From a virus, in the IMG/VR virus record IMGVR_UViG_3300029365_000529, positions 14,196-78,195 of that record: a stretch of 64,000 nt of DNA; one strand, given 5' to 3'. How positions within the stretch are numbered: position 1 is the stretch's first letter; every line of letters starts with the position of its first letter. This document shows, piece after piece, positions 44,801 through 50,381 of this stretch. The notes beneath the pieces are model-generated. The model searched no databases, was not told where the DNA came from, and saw only the letters and a list, made by a program, of their open reading frames with translations. Position numbers and translations under genes: made by a program.

Positions 44801-47150
44801 AGCCCATCAGCGACATCATATCGTCATTATCACGATAAAGCTTCTGCTTGTAAAGAATAGCTCTGCGCTCATCGGCATTCTTATAAGAGGTACGTGTAAG
44901 CAGTGTTCCGTTCTTGGTGTATTCCAGAATCTGCTTGTTTTTCACGTCGTTCACGCTTCGGTAGCTTTTGCCTCTTGTCGTGTTAAACAGTCCCATGGCC
45001 GCATTCACCTTCTCTTTGGTGCTCTGAGAAACGTCTGGGTCGTTCATAAAATCCGTGTAAGCAGTCTTATACTTCGGGTCTCTTGGGGCTGTCTTCGATG
45101 CACGGTCCATCTTTGTAAAGGCATCCATCAGATTCTTGCCCGATGCAGAAGAAATCAGCTCGTTCTTCTCATCAGGAGTCAGACGAATATCCACGGCGAT
45201 AGGGGAACCGTTGTCATTCTTGCCAATCACGAAATTACCACCGCTGTTATGGGTAAGATGATGCAGGATATTGCCCATCTTCACGAAGTTGCTAGGTTCG
45301 CCAGCCTTGAAAGCACCCACCATCACCACGTCTTCCAGCCAAGTGCCGAAGGAAATATCCTTGTCGCCAGTCACGTTGTCGGCAACCATCATGGTTCCAG
45401 CCTCAACACCGAGACCTGCGGCAGTAGCACCAAACTTCTGTGCGCCATGAAGCAATCGCTCTCCAGTGCTCTTTTCCATGCCGGTGATTCCGAACTTGGA
45501 AACCCAAGGAGACATCACCGCACCAGATACACCGAACATAGCACCAGTTACAGCACCGTGTTCTGCACCTTTCAGACCAGCCTCACCGATAGCCTGCAAA
45601 GAAGTATCATCGCCAGTAGAAGCCTGATTCAAAGCAGCACTCGCACCCGAATATCCTGCAAGATTCAGCGAACTTGTAGCCGTTCTAGTGCCCAATCCCG
45701 ACATGATCTTCTGTGCCGTTGTCATATTGGCAACCTTGAAAGCCATCTGCTGTGCTGTAAGTCTCTGTGCTGCCTTCATCACGCCAGCCTTCACCAGTCC
45801 GTTTGTCAGAACTCGGGTTCCTGCATTCACGGCAGCACTCGCACCTGCACCGATTACGGCAAGCGGACCAGAATCTGCAGCCATGTTTACGGCAGTAGAT
45901 GCGAATCTCGTACCGATGCCCGAGCGATAGGTTTCATCCTTGTGACCGGCCACCTTCTGAATCTCTGCATCACCGTCTGCGATAGCGATACCTTCCTGCA
46001 ATCTCTGTCTGGTATCTCTAGACATCACAGATGGAGCCACCACCATACCGATAATAGAGTTGCTGAGGTTCTTGGCAATGTAATCAAGCGCACCATGAGG
46101 CATGATTTCCTCCTGATTTCGCATCGTCAGAGCCTTCTGAGCATAGTTCATAATCTCTGGAGTAACGTATTTGTCCACGTATTCCTCCATACTCATGTTC
46201 AGCTTCTCTGCGCTCTCAGCAATATGGCGCTGCATACCCTTCTGCGAATAAATCTCATTGATTTTGCTGCTGAGATTGTTCATCAGAACGTTCTGACGGT
46301 TCACCTGTTCCTGCGTCTGAGCATCACGGAAAGCCTGTTCCTTTACCGACTGAGGCGCATAGATGCCGCCCATCTTGTCAAGGTTCTGCTGATACTGCTG
46401 ACGTGTTAATTCCTGCGCCTCATTTATGGAAGAATCAACCAGACTGAGAAGATCATTACCCAAAATACCTTCGGTCTGTCCGTCATTTCTTACGAACTTG
46501 TTGCCATCAACCTCATACTGGGCAAGATTCCTTGCATCGTCCTCTCTCTGCTGCTTACCTCTAGCCCTGCGAGCTTCAGGAGTAGAAAGCTGCTGCATCG
46601 TCTCGTTGAAGTTCTTGGCAGTAGGGGTTATTCTGCTTCTGCTGATAGGGGTTGCTCTCTGCTGTTCCTGACGTGCAGACTGCTCTTGTGCTCTTTGCAT
46701 GCGCGCGCGCATGTTGCTAGCCTGAGCCTGCTGCATCGGGTTCATCTGGTCGTTGCGCATGTGCATCAACTGCCAGTTCTTCATATAGTCTGTACCAGAA
46801 GCAGTAGCCGTACTAGGCTGCTGAGGTCTCCGAGGCTGCTGCCTCTGCTGCTTATACTGAGCTGCCACCTTCTGTGCCCTCTGCGAAGTAGTCATTGGCT
46901 TCTGCTGCGCTACCGGCTTCTGCTGAGGCTTCGGATTTACAGCATGGAGTCCAAGCCGCTGCGCAAACTCCTCATAGGAATTACTGGAAACAGCACCATC
47001 AGCATGAAGCGCATCATAGAGCTGCTTTCTGTTATGATAGCCCTGCTTGCCAGGCGCATACACGAACTTTCTGAAATGTTCTCTAGTTCCCGATACTGCG
47101 CCATCTGCTTTCAAGGCGTTATAAAGTTGGTCAAATTTATCTCCAGCCAT
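29847..47150 (-). CDS. giant polyvalent virion protein (5,767 aa): ParB-like + N6A methyltransferase + SNF2-family helicase + two HExxH zincin modules + hydrophobic segments
   Basis: Uninterrupted 17.3-kb ORF. Motifs confirmed by reverse-translating the + strand: DGNGR (ParB-like, about 42870), LEPSAGNG...VVTNPPFGSA (MTase motifs I and IV, NPPF at 40275-40286), GIGKGRQ (Walker A, about 39170), LILDESH (38715-38726), FFSATF (motif III), QMRGRIDRTGQ (motif VI, about 37570), IMLHEMIHEA (35062-35079), TIWHEVVGHKG (33584-33601). Confidence 0.85.
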   Translation of the reverse strand: MAGDKFDQLYNALKADGAVSGTREHFRKFVYAPGKQGYHNRKQLYDALHADGAVSSNSYEEFAQRLGLHAVNPKPQQKPVAQQKPMTTSQRAQKVAAQYKQQRQQPRRPQQPSTATASGTDYMKNWQLMHMRNDQMNPMQQAQASNMRARMQRAQEQSARQEQQRATPISRSRITPTAKNFNETMQQLSTPEARRARGKQQREDDARNLAQYEVDGNKFVRNDGQTEGILGNDLLSLVDSSINEAQELTRQQYQQNLDKMGGIYAPQSVKEQAFRDAQTQEQVNRQNVLMNNLSSKINEIYSQKGMQRHIAESAEKLNMSMEEYVDKYVTPEIMNYAQKALTMRNQEEIMPHGALDYIAKNLSNSIIGMVVAPSVMSRDTRQRLQEGIAIADGDAEIQKVAGHKDETYRSGIGTRFASTAVNMAADSGPLAVIGAGASAAVNAGTRVLTNGLVKAGVMKAAQRLTAQQMAFKVANMTTAQKIMSGLGTRTATSSLNLAGYSGASAALNQASTGDDTSLQAIGEAGLKGAEHGAVTGAMFGVSGAVMSPWVSKFGITGMEKSTGERLLHGAQKFGATAAGLGVEAGTMMVADNVTGDKDISFGTWLEDVVMVGAFKAGEPSNFVKMGNILHHLTHNSGGNFVIGKNDNGSPIAVDIRLTPDEKNELISSASGKNLMDAFTKMDRASKTAPRDPKYKTAYTDFMNDPDVSQSTKEKVNAAMGLFNTTRGKSYRSVNDVKNKQILEYTKNGTLLTRTSYKNADERRAILYKQKLYRDNDDMMSLMGYARMKDMQFLDDDGTVTNLAFRFLKENGYDENKDITDPNNARLINELRNQKSALYLDWEKYADKNGLLGYLRSESRGYTNNFMASIKEILGKEGSIVIDIDKIMRKDPMKRTDEENRIFYHVKRALEDELFPSWRPHADQSASQGKTVAEEHSLGTDNPDSGVVVDELRNLRNAEQAVDEAMDSNDVFKQTFEKLHQQGLTPAQIYDALIQNGLTQEELTPLAQYINANARVQGMQEATADVIEENVKSFISDWSYHGTLNGQPMNGEQALYVQDSNGRTLLVGSGDVAFDQTTGRAKEGSGDMLVCFDPNTREMVYVKADEVTLFQNQPIDQFAAEYRQRLQMKNSEPYNQAAQEQAMQDAAKPQPKEQEAPQDNTTNEENNTASGENNTASGENNTKTEKFVPQEQPQPTRKFADGSDVPMATDSKGRPTPDYEKMTPEQSAEILTEDFGDNAEKVVDGQIQKAEKALKDAEKMKVDYTAEPNDIMEQETLKNQTIEAAKKQLDHAQNIKKAMTAKKVAETVGNTEQTEGAHEAGSVAAQKFVNAPRLVGNKRTRMLPDGETKIKGHYEIVPAESLTPSHDVNNGYKKSEGFPTDAEGRTVNDRDYEHDKAAQQNTDQIARKYNGMAIEQVPVVSDEGIVYDGNGRTMAGQKAAKEGTDAEYINDLLENAENFGFTREQIEQSGIEHPRLVLVTDERLPYDTATFSKFNRNEKKTQSNTEQAVAKAKTLTSDEVGAIVAEIEGNGSLDAFFNNSKAINDLVKTLVDKGIIGQNEVAQMMDSPERLSAQGREYVKNLLLGSIFKPETIRMLGIDSTVKNKAINAIRSVMDNMKLGEFSLRDEIDQAIQLLYEARQGGNKVDTLLRTPDMFGEDAAKRYSSISQMMALALEGKVSDFRDLLDEYNRIAKARNTGEGNMFEAAPTKEELINEYLNFKKWQDYGTGHSEIEGGNDVSGNEEPQQEASGGNEPAEAGTEPERPRVEEPDDLVNKELESRIKVTDEETETPSENGPITRQKILIDGDKEVIKVDEPNDKGEYTGSYYEYDGKKFGDLNEVVEYVDGKVKEKPLPLLPKEEKPDPTFDPIAAAAKEFKKEHPLTEEEIMKADVDDLSKDMALDYLNGEVTDDLHRAIYESIFAKTRGQKTEPKVETPKTEPSADPMEGIKNAAEAFGKEKKTKAETEKKPQQKADDAAVAASNKKVNDLWDMLKNAGKDEISASFIGLNSRQLEVLPKLVSAMAENAYLRIKRGMHNLEDVVKEMRKEFAPAAKLFKKEDVDAIYEQMMNIRYRDGEQRMSLKDWADFYEKTSPKHQENLVGDSKTAEERKMAEKKFIDTVNIKLGFKHKFNGIVELRQIAERVGLKDIKDTDLQELAETAIVKRARGIASSESTNDAVKFERIKTLYENQPSLNQRDSERVMKQQYSTPAPYAFLADMYVKGNGKVIESTLEPSAGNGMLTIGLPMDKVHVNDIDAQRLANLRRQGFKNVTSQDGTQPFADKDVDVVVTNPPFGSATPKEYDGYKISSLEGQMAINALESMKDDGRAAIIVGGKTEYAKNGSLNPKDKAFLGYLYSHYNVEDVINVDGSLYAKQGTSYPTRIILINGRRLNENAFPPVKDKARAETVKDYDELYKRIEDDILRGERMDSSIGGETRSAQPELDKQGAAGTPKERVRAGERGGSKPDGERESDLFDSTSVSGTHDDLENQRGTEPRQDGGLPNGDSRADGTGTEPSPSKEPTTGTNEQRGNGSGGAGRNDAQPSTDEPSNAGSGSGPRGQLQRVDKSVRGLSTEKVTYTPKSGNPFTLKAVMPADQQEAVNKNLEKLGDADQFLVDELGYNDKDDLYSHLAAEQVDSVALALQQAKKGNAFIIGDMTGIGKGRQAASLIRYAKKQGQVPVYFTKTAGLLSDVYRDLVDIGSPDLRPFVFGSAKEAAITDSDGKVVFALPSKSEVKRVLDYIEKNGKLPDEYDYVLTTYSQVSNGVYEFDEDGNRKERKLAKGKSFGAAALSGQKRRDAIEKLMGNAYLILDESHTAGGNSGQGNYFQHIIQKAKNVTFFSATFAKRPDNMPIYALRTAMNEGGMKSSDLIDAVKRGGATLQEIMSQTLTQCGQMIRRERDMTGVTIDWKAIDDPERVQEQREQYDSIIGLFNDIINFQKKYVSSYVDERNDELAAIQSTMGIKKGTAALGIKNQPFASKAFNAVQQVLLSLKAKSAAERAIDYLKQGMKPVIALNNTNESQTGNLALGEEMDAPDLGTSLKKGLEGTLRYTQKDAKDNSESGYIKLSDLGDEAVDAYHELEKKIEQTSTGLSLSPIDVIKNELQKAGYKVGELTGRQTEFVYNDNGTVTKVKRADTDKKKLARDFNDGKIDALILNKSAATGISLHASSKYKDQKKRVMIVAQQQLDVNDEVQMRGRIDRTGQVARGAYEYVVSLIPAEQRLLMMFKAKLKSLDANTTSSQKSKFNEMEVADITNKYGDKVVREYMAEHLDLYARMADPFGWEKSNGDDLSRIDPQTLVASGGGVGEGEAGADASKLLGRMALLRVSEQEKMLQEIGELYANEIQRLNEMGENDLEITELPLKAKTLHKEVWKQGAEPGGDNAFADNTYIEKVNMAILKKPMKASEVKASQDGLTGGKTWDEYKTDKKAAVKEYFDQKIADETQKYEERAVKAATKAKEKYIKDGKKGQKDSGMSDEQIEKMAGYQYDNIYKQEKDKLNDVVKNLKAKAEMFERVLDTFDTNQTFVLPTDMNNPNELSGFGNSYGRLIDIKITDNYSPNASSVSFATLDGRRKITFPIAGKVGAGDNKADVISAIDNMTKQAAGMGDSHLRVLNQNFDNWDRLTSNESRKNGYIVTGNLMQALVDSKDQGLGGQLVKYTTDTGEVKTGILMPDRFDPKGLTTDAPINSVVDKFELSSWHGGIDEVTSSDGEVKVKRIDNNRGNFYELRVPKSKAKGGKYFMDENLLKLVNGNNFETRGNNMLAEFKPDQLKPVLDRLSKMGVKVQEERNTSEDERTHFREDRGLQYSKTDTKDVKNSRIIPEDVDKNVSSQIEKKFDSTIKDIEEHTEDRDKSLFADNLESALDEFSDLGRSVIEYYKNDYERKVEKLSGQHTGGHLGGKNDGKGNKGSYLLQYYKTILAVADRELAYRDARAKNLRETWGLQPGGTFTLGDVERIFKETNRDKEKAELFEKALNISKRLGVRIKVSPEDPNKRAGEADTRRNIDLYIDGITKTKAPDYAAPTIMLHEMIHEATMGAINLVKKGKAEGMLTPKQIEGVKTILEIYDRVKGDKERFKEEPYGLTDAYELTAQMADSRQRKAMDLSIWDKVVNAAHEFARKGDRSILQRLKDAWKKLFEVSEKDKMDKAINDIMDDFNETIDDISMNEIEQDGFSYKVTDKDELDRLNKEKTFRMYSGMQEVDGKLYSPMAAIIDGKRTDATEIGAWMGADERPDLVKNGKFQLVKTDKNPGAGEGPVPAAYNPYMHTSTSVMNDQFSGAYARGNIKVVEWEIPESEKTSGYHAEGAKNSVGLVPWTSGTVNSLLPKDRQRSVMLSRWRKAVRILPDEEVAEKIADQLRGTGLAIPWNVVTPSQLRELVKLGVPITTVEQGRQNPETKEKFLKQMAELEQEFPQAKFVNVKMTKDAYKEWGKDGGTKFRTDNGESNYPASSVESHIENVAQKTGGKVKMVSSVDEITNKAAKAAIEDGRKITGWYDEKTGEVHLYMPNIHDRYTAEKTIWHEVVGHKGMRELFGDERFDKFLREVWYDLDKPENAALKKLVDEERKFNPLNIYDAIEEGIARLAEDGKGEPGFWNGIKNKVSDFLHEIGYRIAPNTKDVKYLLWLSKNLQKNPNDPYWKMRVEAVKYRLDHERMPAVVAHDGMFYGNDAKVRSMDNLTKAEWNEATDGEIHFRTTPSAGTALDRYHRSLDEHGYMFTESYMDNMLSLKKLMNAIVPDKKIEDIASSENPYILQNTMQGAMSDAAQIFERNVMKPLDKAMAGVLDAFDGKKDDEKIRNFNLYMITKHGLERNRILYVRDALKYMRMNEKTKKLADTVEFDWNNEKATLDEKLERGDIDLKTYYERMDDFIRTYVDSDNKFDAGEHDYSGIHAIQEVAKSSDPYDDAEAIASVMDSEAKMESIKKGSVKDYWDKVKAATQYSIDTDYKNGLISRELYGHVSDMFNWYVPLRKYDEATAEDTYGYITEQGDPKSYIGSTIMRARGHKYLSETNVLAQIGAMGNRAIKNGGMNAIRQAFARFVRNNSNNNLVTETRVWYADDPITHTTVERYPDIPEDATADEINQIVADFNMEMKDLESKGLATKVYRRGRIGYKFQRAENKSQHIVDVKIAGRTHTFIINGNPRAAQALNGLLENSGAKGIMKPLSSISRMMAQLCTSYNPEFVMRNIMRDAEFASSNVTSKEGARYGALWTKYYAQLGLYKGASNISFKDLSGTTGLGLFAKYRNGTLDTSDKVQRYFKEFMENGGETGWVQIKNMQDWTKEYKKDVKSERSKIDKGGAALRDFFFGNLANINEVAENIARFATYCASRDSNRSIIRSVYDAKEVSTNFNRHGSGDAIKSFKNGEMTGGKAAARWAYGFTASYLRHCSMFFNAGIQSTNLLVKNLKNHPVGTSINMLAIPFALGALAALGNNVLIASEDEKDRKGVKDPYGELPDYVRRNNLCIYKGGGQFVTIPLAIELRAFYGLGDLAAGLTFSPNVSGQKNPALDAVGCMSQLVPVMDYLGNSSAGKEPLNETIKAISPSALSPFVEWELNTDWKGAPIERRGDWNENSPAWQRAYKGVPDGYLAVNKWVNAQTNDVAKGNEDMLGNSFLDMVTNPSMLNHYIGGIGGGAATFTERAIGVIKHGSDTETKDIPFLRSLLYTPSEQSSLQRTKSKWYNYKDEMEKTMANVDRLKSKNVPIDKRITNIGEYYHFQNSKEAAKVRVIELAEKQMKRWKKLRDKSSDTESINFANQNIDRIMMDAVDELDRLE
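43600..43680 (-). repeat. 21-bp tandem repeat (3-4 copies) inside the giant gene
   Basis: + strand GGTATTATTTTCGCCCGATGC twice, then two degenerate copies; encodes NNTASGE-NNTASGE-NNTKTE. Confidence 0.7.
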
Positions 47151-47167
47151 ATATTATATATTAATGT

Positions 47168-48577
47168 TTATAAACCAAGTTTCTTTGTATTCTTATATCC
47201 GTTCTTCGACTTGCCGGCAGATTTAGCTGCTCTCTTTCTGGCTTCTTCCCTCTGTCTTCGCAGCGCTCCTGCTCTCTGTGCAACAGAAGAACCGCTTTGT
47301 CTGTTGGTGGTTCTTGTAGTAGAGCCATCCCTGTTGAACACTTCCTTGCTGCTTGAAGTAGATGAATTGCCAGAAGTATTACCATTGTAGTAAGCTTCAT
47401 TTGCTTCATACATGGTCTTGTTGGATGCGTAATGTGGTTTTCCTTCTGCATCCCAAGTTACGTATTTGGCAGAAGAGCCTCCACCGCCGCCTGATCGTCC
47501 ACGTCCGCTTCCTTTATGGGTAGCATTATACTGTGAAATGCTCAATCTTCTGTTGGTCTGCTCGTCCTTCGCCTTATCACGCTGCTGCTTATATTCGAAG
47601 TCTCGCTGGTCCTTCTGCTGCTTATACTGTGCTGCTGCAGCATCCTTGCCCTGACGATAGTCGAACTTATCCCTGGCAAGCTGATTATTCTGGTTCCTCA
47701 TGCCAAGAAGCAGTTCCCTGTAGGCATTCTGTGCATTGGCAGCACGTTCCTTCAAGCTGAGATTAGCCTGCTTGTAAGCCGCATCTGCATCAAGTGCAGC
47801 TTCCTTCTGTCTCTCAGCCTTGCGGTTCTGATAGACCTGTTCCATCATGGCAGTAGGGTCATTGAACTGCTGCAAAGGAGCGCCCTTGGAAGTATTCACG
47901 ATATTTCCCATGTGACGGATGGCATCGGCAAAGGCAGCGATATTCTCACGGTTGGTAGTGATTCGGCGGTCATACTCTTCAGGAGTCTCACCCTCACGCA
48001 TTCCCGGTCTGCTCTTCGGCATAATCTTGCCGAGCCAACTGAAAAAGCCGCCATCCCTCTGCTTTGGGTCTGCCTCAAACTCAGGAACCTGCTGTTCCTG
48101 TGGCATCTGAAAGCCGCTCAGAGCAGTAGAAAGCGTATCATAGCGAGGTGTTCCGTCAGCATTCCAACCGGTAGAAGGCTGTGGCATTCCTTCAAAATTG
48201 CTCTGAGGCTGAGGGGTATTCTCTGCTGCATCGCCCATGTAAGGAGTCTGTACTGGTCCCAAGGCAGGGTTAGCATTACCGTTGCCCTGCGGAACGAACT
48301 CTTCCTGCTTAGGCATCTGGGTGAAGTCTGTAATAGGTGCTGCGCCAGTCTGAACAGGCTGAGCCTCAAACTTACCGGTAGCACCGCCCCCATTGCCGAA
48401 GAAGTTAACGCCAGCACCGCCATTTACCCCCGCGGACCCTCCGTTACCTCCATTCATCACCTGATCATAATCGGGATATTTCGCCCTCATCAGGTCATGT
48501 ACAGCCTCAGGATAGCCGCCGATAGTTACCGGCTTCTTCCTAGGCTGCTGCGTATTCTGATTATTGTTTACTACCAT
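47168..48577 (-). CDS. low-complexity Gln/Gly/Asn-rich protein with central coiled coil (469 aa), probable internal virion/ejection protein
   Basis: ORF immediately upstream of the giant gene in the same operon; GG-rich N- and C-termini. Confidence 0.55.
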   Translation of the reverse strand: MVVNNNQNTQQPRKKPVTIGGYPEAVHDLMRAKYPDYDQVMNGGNGGSAGVNGGAGVNFFGNGGGATGKFEAQPVQTGAAPITDFTQMPKQEEFVPQGNGNANPALGPVQTPYMGDAAENTPQPQSNFEGMPQPSTGWNADGTPRYDTLSTALSGFQMPQEQQVPEFEADPKQRDGGFFSWLGKIMPKSRPGMREGETPEEYDRRITTNRENIAAFADAIRHMGNIVNTSKGAPLQQFNDPTAMMEQVYQNRKAERQKEAALDADAAYKQANLSLKERAANAQNAYRELLLGMRNQNNQLARDKFDYRQGKDAAAAQYKQQKDQRDFEYKQQRDKAKDEQTNRRLSISQYNATHKGSGRGRSGGGGGSSAKYVTWDAEGKPHYASNKTMYEANEAYYNGNTSGNSSTSSSKEVFNRDGSTTRTTNRQSGSSVAQRAGALRRQREEARKRAAKSAGKSKNGYKNTKKLGL

Positions 48578-49629
48578 AAGTGTTGTATATTCTTAAATAA
48601 GTCTCTAACATCCTCACCATATAGCCTAACCGTAACCTTTAAGCTTGGAGAAACATCTTTCTGGTTTGTAACTTCTCCATGAGAATTATCATCTTTGAAA
48701 GGGGAAAGTTTCTTCTCCTCTTCCTCTATAAAATCATACAGCTGAGGGTTGAATCTGTAGCCATTCGCCCAACGGCGATATTCTTCGAATTCTTTTGAGG
48801 AGACTTTTCCTTCATAGACTATAACATTTGCCAGCTTCCGGATCATCTTCTCAGCAGCAATACCATATTCGCAATACTCCTTAGAACCTTTACGAACGAT
48901 TTCAACAAGCTTGGACTTCTCCTCCAACTCCTTCTTGGTAGCCGCCAGTTCATTACCTAAGTCGGCAATCACCTCGTCCTTCTCTGCAATCACCTTCTCT
49001 TTGTAAGCGAGAGCACTCTCGGCACTCTTCAAAGCCTGAGCATCAATCTCGTCAACAACCTTGTCTGCAAGCTTCTTCTTCAACTTCTCATTCTCCCCAA
49101 CATACTTAAGACCTAACTCGGCAAGATTCTTCTCACGAATCTTTGTAAGGCGAAGTTCCTCGTTTTTATCACATAACTCCTGTGATAAATCCAGATTCTC
49201 GCCGAACATCTTAATCTTTCCTCTTAGGTGTCTAGAACTTTCCTTTCTAAACTCCTCAATCTTCAAGTTCTTCTTATGGATAATCTTGTTGAGTCGGGAA
49301 ATCTTTTTAGTGAGATGCTTAATCTTCTTTCCCTGCTCATCCAACAAGGCATCGTTGAACTGGGAGGCTGCTTCTTCAAGGGCAGGAGAACCAGACGTAG
49401 GTGCATTGCTATGCTCTTCAAGCTGCTCCTTCAAACGAGCCTTGCGAGCGTTAAAGTCACACACTTCCATCATGATCATATAACCGGCAGAACAAACAAT
49501 CTGCATAGCTTCACAAATCTCAGGACTCTCTAATTCAATAAAGCATTCGCTAACATCGCAAGGCTTACCAGGACCTTCAAGCTTAAAACCTTCTTTCATC
49601 AACATATCCTTTGCTTCTTCTAATGTCAT
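48571..49629 (-). CDS. coiled-coil protein (352 aa)
   Basis: Long heptad-like Lys/Glu/Leu-rich segments; same operon. Confidence 0.55.
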   Translation of the reverse strand: MTLEEAKDMLMKEGFKLEGPGKPCDVSECFIELESPEICEAMQIVCSAGYMIMMEVCDFNARKARLKEQLEEHSNAPTSGSPALEEAASQFNDALLDEQGKKIKHLTKKISRLNKIIHKKNLKIEEFRKESSRHLRGKIKMFGENLDLSQELCDKNEELRLTKIREKNLAELGLKYVGENEKLKKKLADKVVDEIDAQALKSAESALAYKEKVIAEKDEVIADLGNELAATKKELEEKSKLVEIVRKGSKEYCEYGIAAEKMIRKLANVIVYEGKVSSKEFEEYRRWANGYRFNPQLYDFIEEEEKKLSPFKDDNSHGEVTNQKDVSPSLKVTVRLYGEDVRDLFKNIQHLW

Positions 49630-49632
49630 AAT

Positions 49633-49917
49633 CTATCCAATTAAAATAATGATTAATAAACCAGCAAATGCGCCTAACACATCTGCTACAATATCCTTGT
49701 TGTCAAACAAGCCGTATGTGTTATAGTCGTATGCCTCCTTCAATATGCCGGCAATAATTGCTATCATGCAAGCTGATACAGCCGAAGCCGTAATACCCAG
49801 ACCGAGCAGGTTCATATTCAAAAGAGCAACAACCATCGTGATCAGGCAGCAAGTCTCAAAGTGCAATACTTTGTCCTCGCCACCAATTCGCTTTATAAAT
49901 CTCTGAAATCTATTCAT
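49633..49917 (-). CDS. small integral membrane protein (94 aa)
   Basis: Three hydrophobic helices and a KEAYDYNTYGLFDNKDIVADVLGAF motif. Confidence 0.45.
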   Translation of the reverse strand: MNRFQRFIKRIGGEDKVLHFETCCLITMVVALLNMNLLGLGITASAVSACMIAIIAGILKEAYDYNTYGLFDNKDIVADVLGAFAGLLIIILIG

Positions 49918-49934
49918 ACTATTTTGTTTTAATA

Positions 49935-50159
49935 TTAATCTTTCTTGAACATTTCTTTTGAGAATTGTACTAATTCCTCGAATGTAAATGTAGTGTTATC
50001 AACTTCATCGTCATGAGCCATATTCCATGTTCCCTTCTTTAGTTTCGGGAGAGTCTTTATAAAAGGCTTTCTGTTTGTGTAAGCACCAGCTAAACCTTTT
50101 GGTCTATGATGCCTTTCGTATTCTTTTCTACCACACAGAATAATCTTTGTTCTATTCAT
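49935..50159 (-). CDS. hypothetical protein (74 aa)
   Basis: Basic small ORF. Confidence 0.4.
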   Translation of the reverse strand: MNRTKIILCGRKEYERHHRPKGLAGAYTNRKPFIKTLPKLKKGTWNMAHDDEVDNTTFTFEELVQFSKEMFKKD

Positions 50160-50381
50160 AATCTGTAATATTTAATATTGTTAACACTTCCCGAAAATTC
50201 AGGGGTGGGGAAAATCGGAAAACCGAAATCCAGAAAAAGGGGGTGGGGGGAGGCAGAATTTCTTTATTTGTATTATTCTACTATAATTTGCAACGGTGGT
50301 CGAAGGGGGTGGGGGTCTTGGGGTTGCCTGTTGTGCCTCGTCCACCTTGCCTGTCGCTCATCCACTCCACCTTTTAGCTGC

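Noticed and set aside
29847-47150. Interpreting the giant protein as a crAss-like or N4-like virion RNA polymerase or as a tape-measure protein
   Set aside because: No DxDGD-type RNAP motifs were seen. Instead there are clear MTase (NPPF) and SNF2 helicase (DESH, QxxGRxxR) signatures, which fit a polyvalent anti-defence protein. A tape-measure role cannot be fully excluded for the N-terminal Gly/Ala-rich part.
30018-47390. About 45 + strand ORFs of 60-390 aa listed inside 29847-47150, for example 36312-37463, 45249-46409 and 32745-33494
   Set aside because: They are antisense to the single uninterrupted 17.3-kb minus-strand ORF whose product contains multiple recognisable enzyme motifs. Their translations are low-complexity Leu/Ser/His-rich strings typical of antisense frames.
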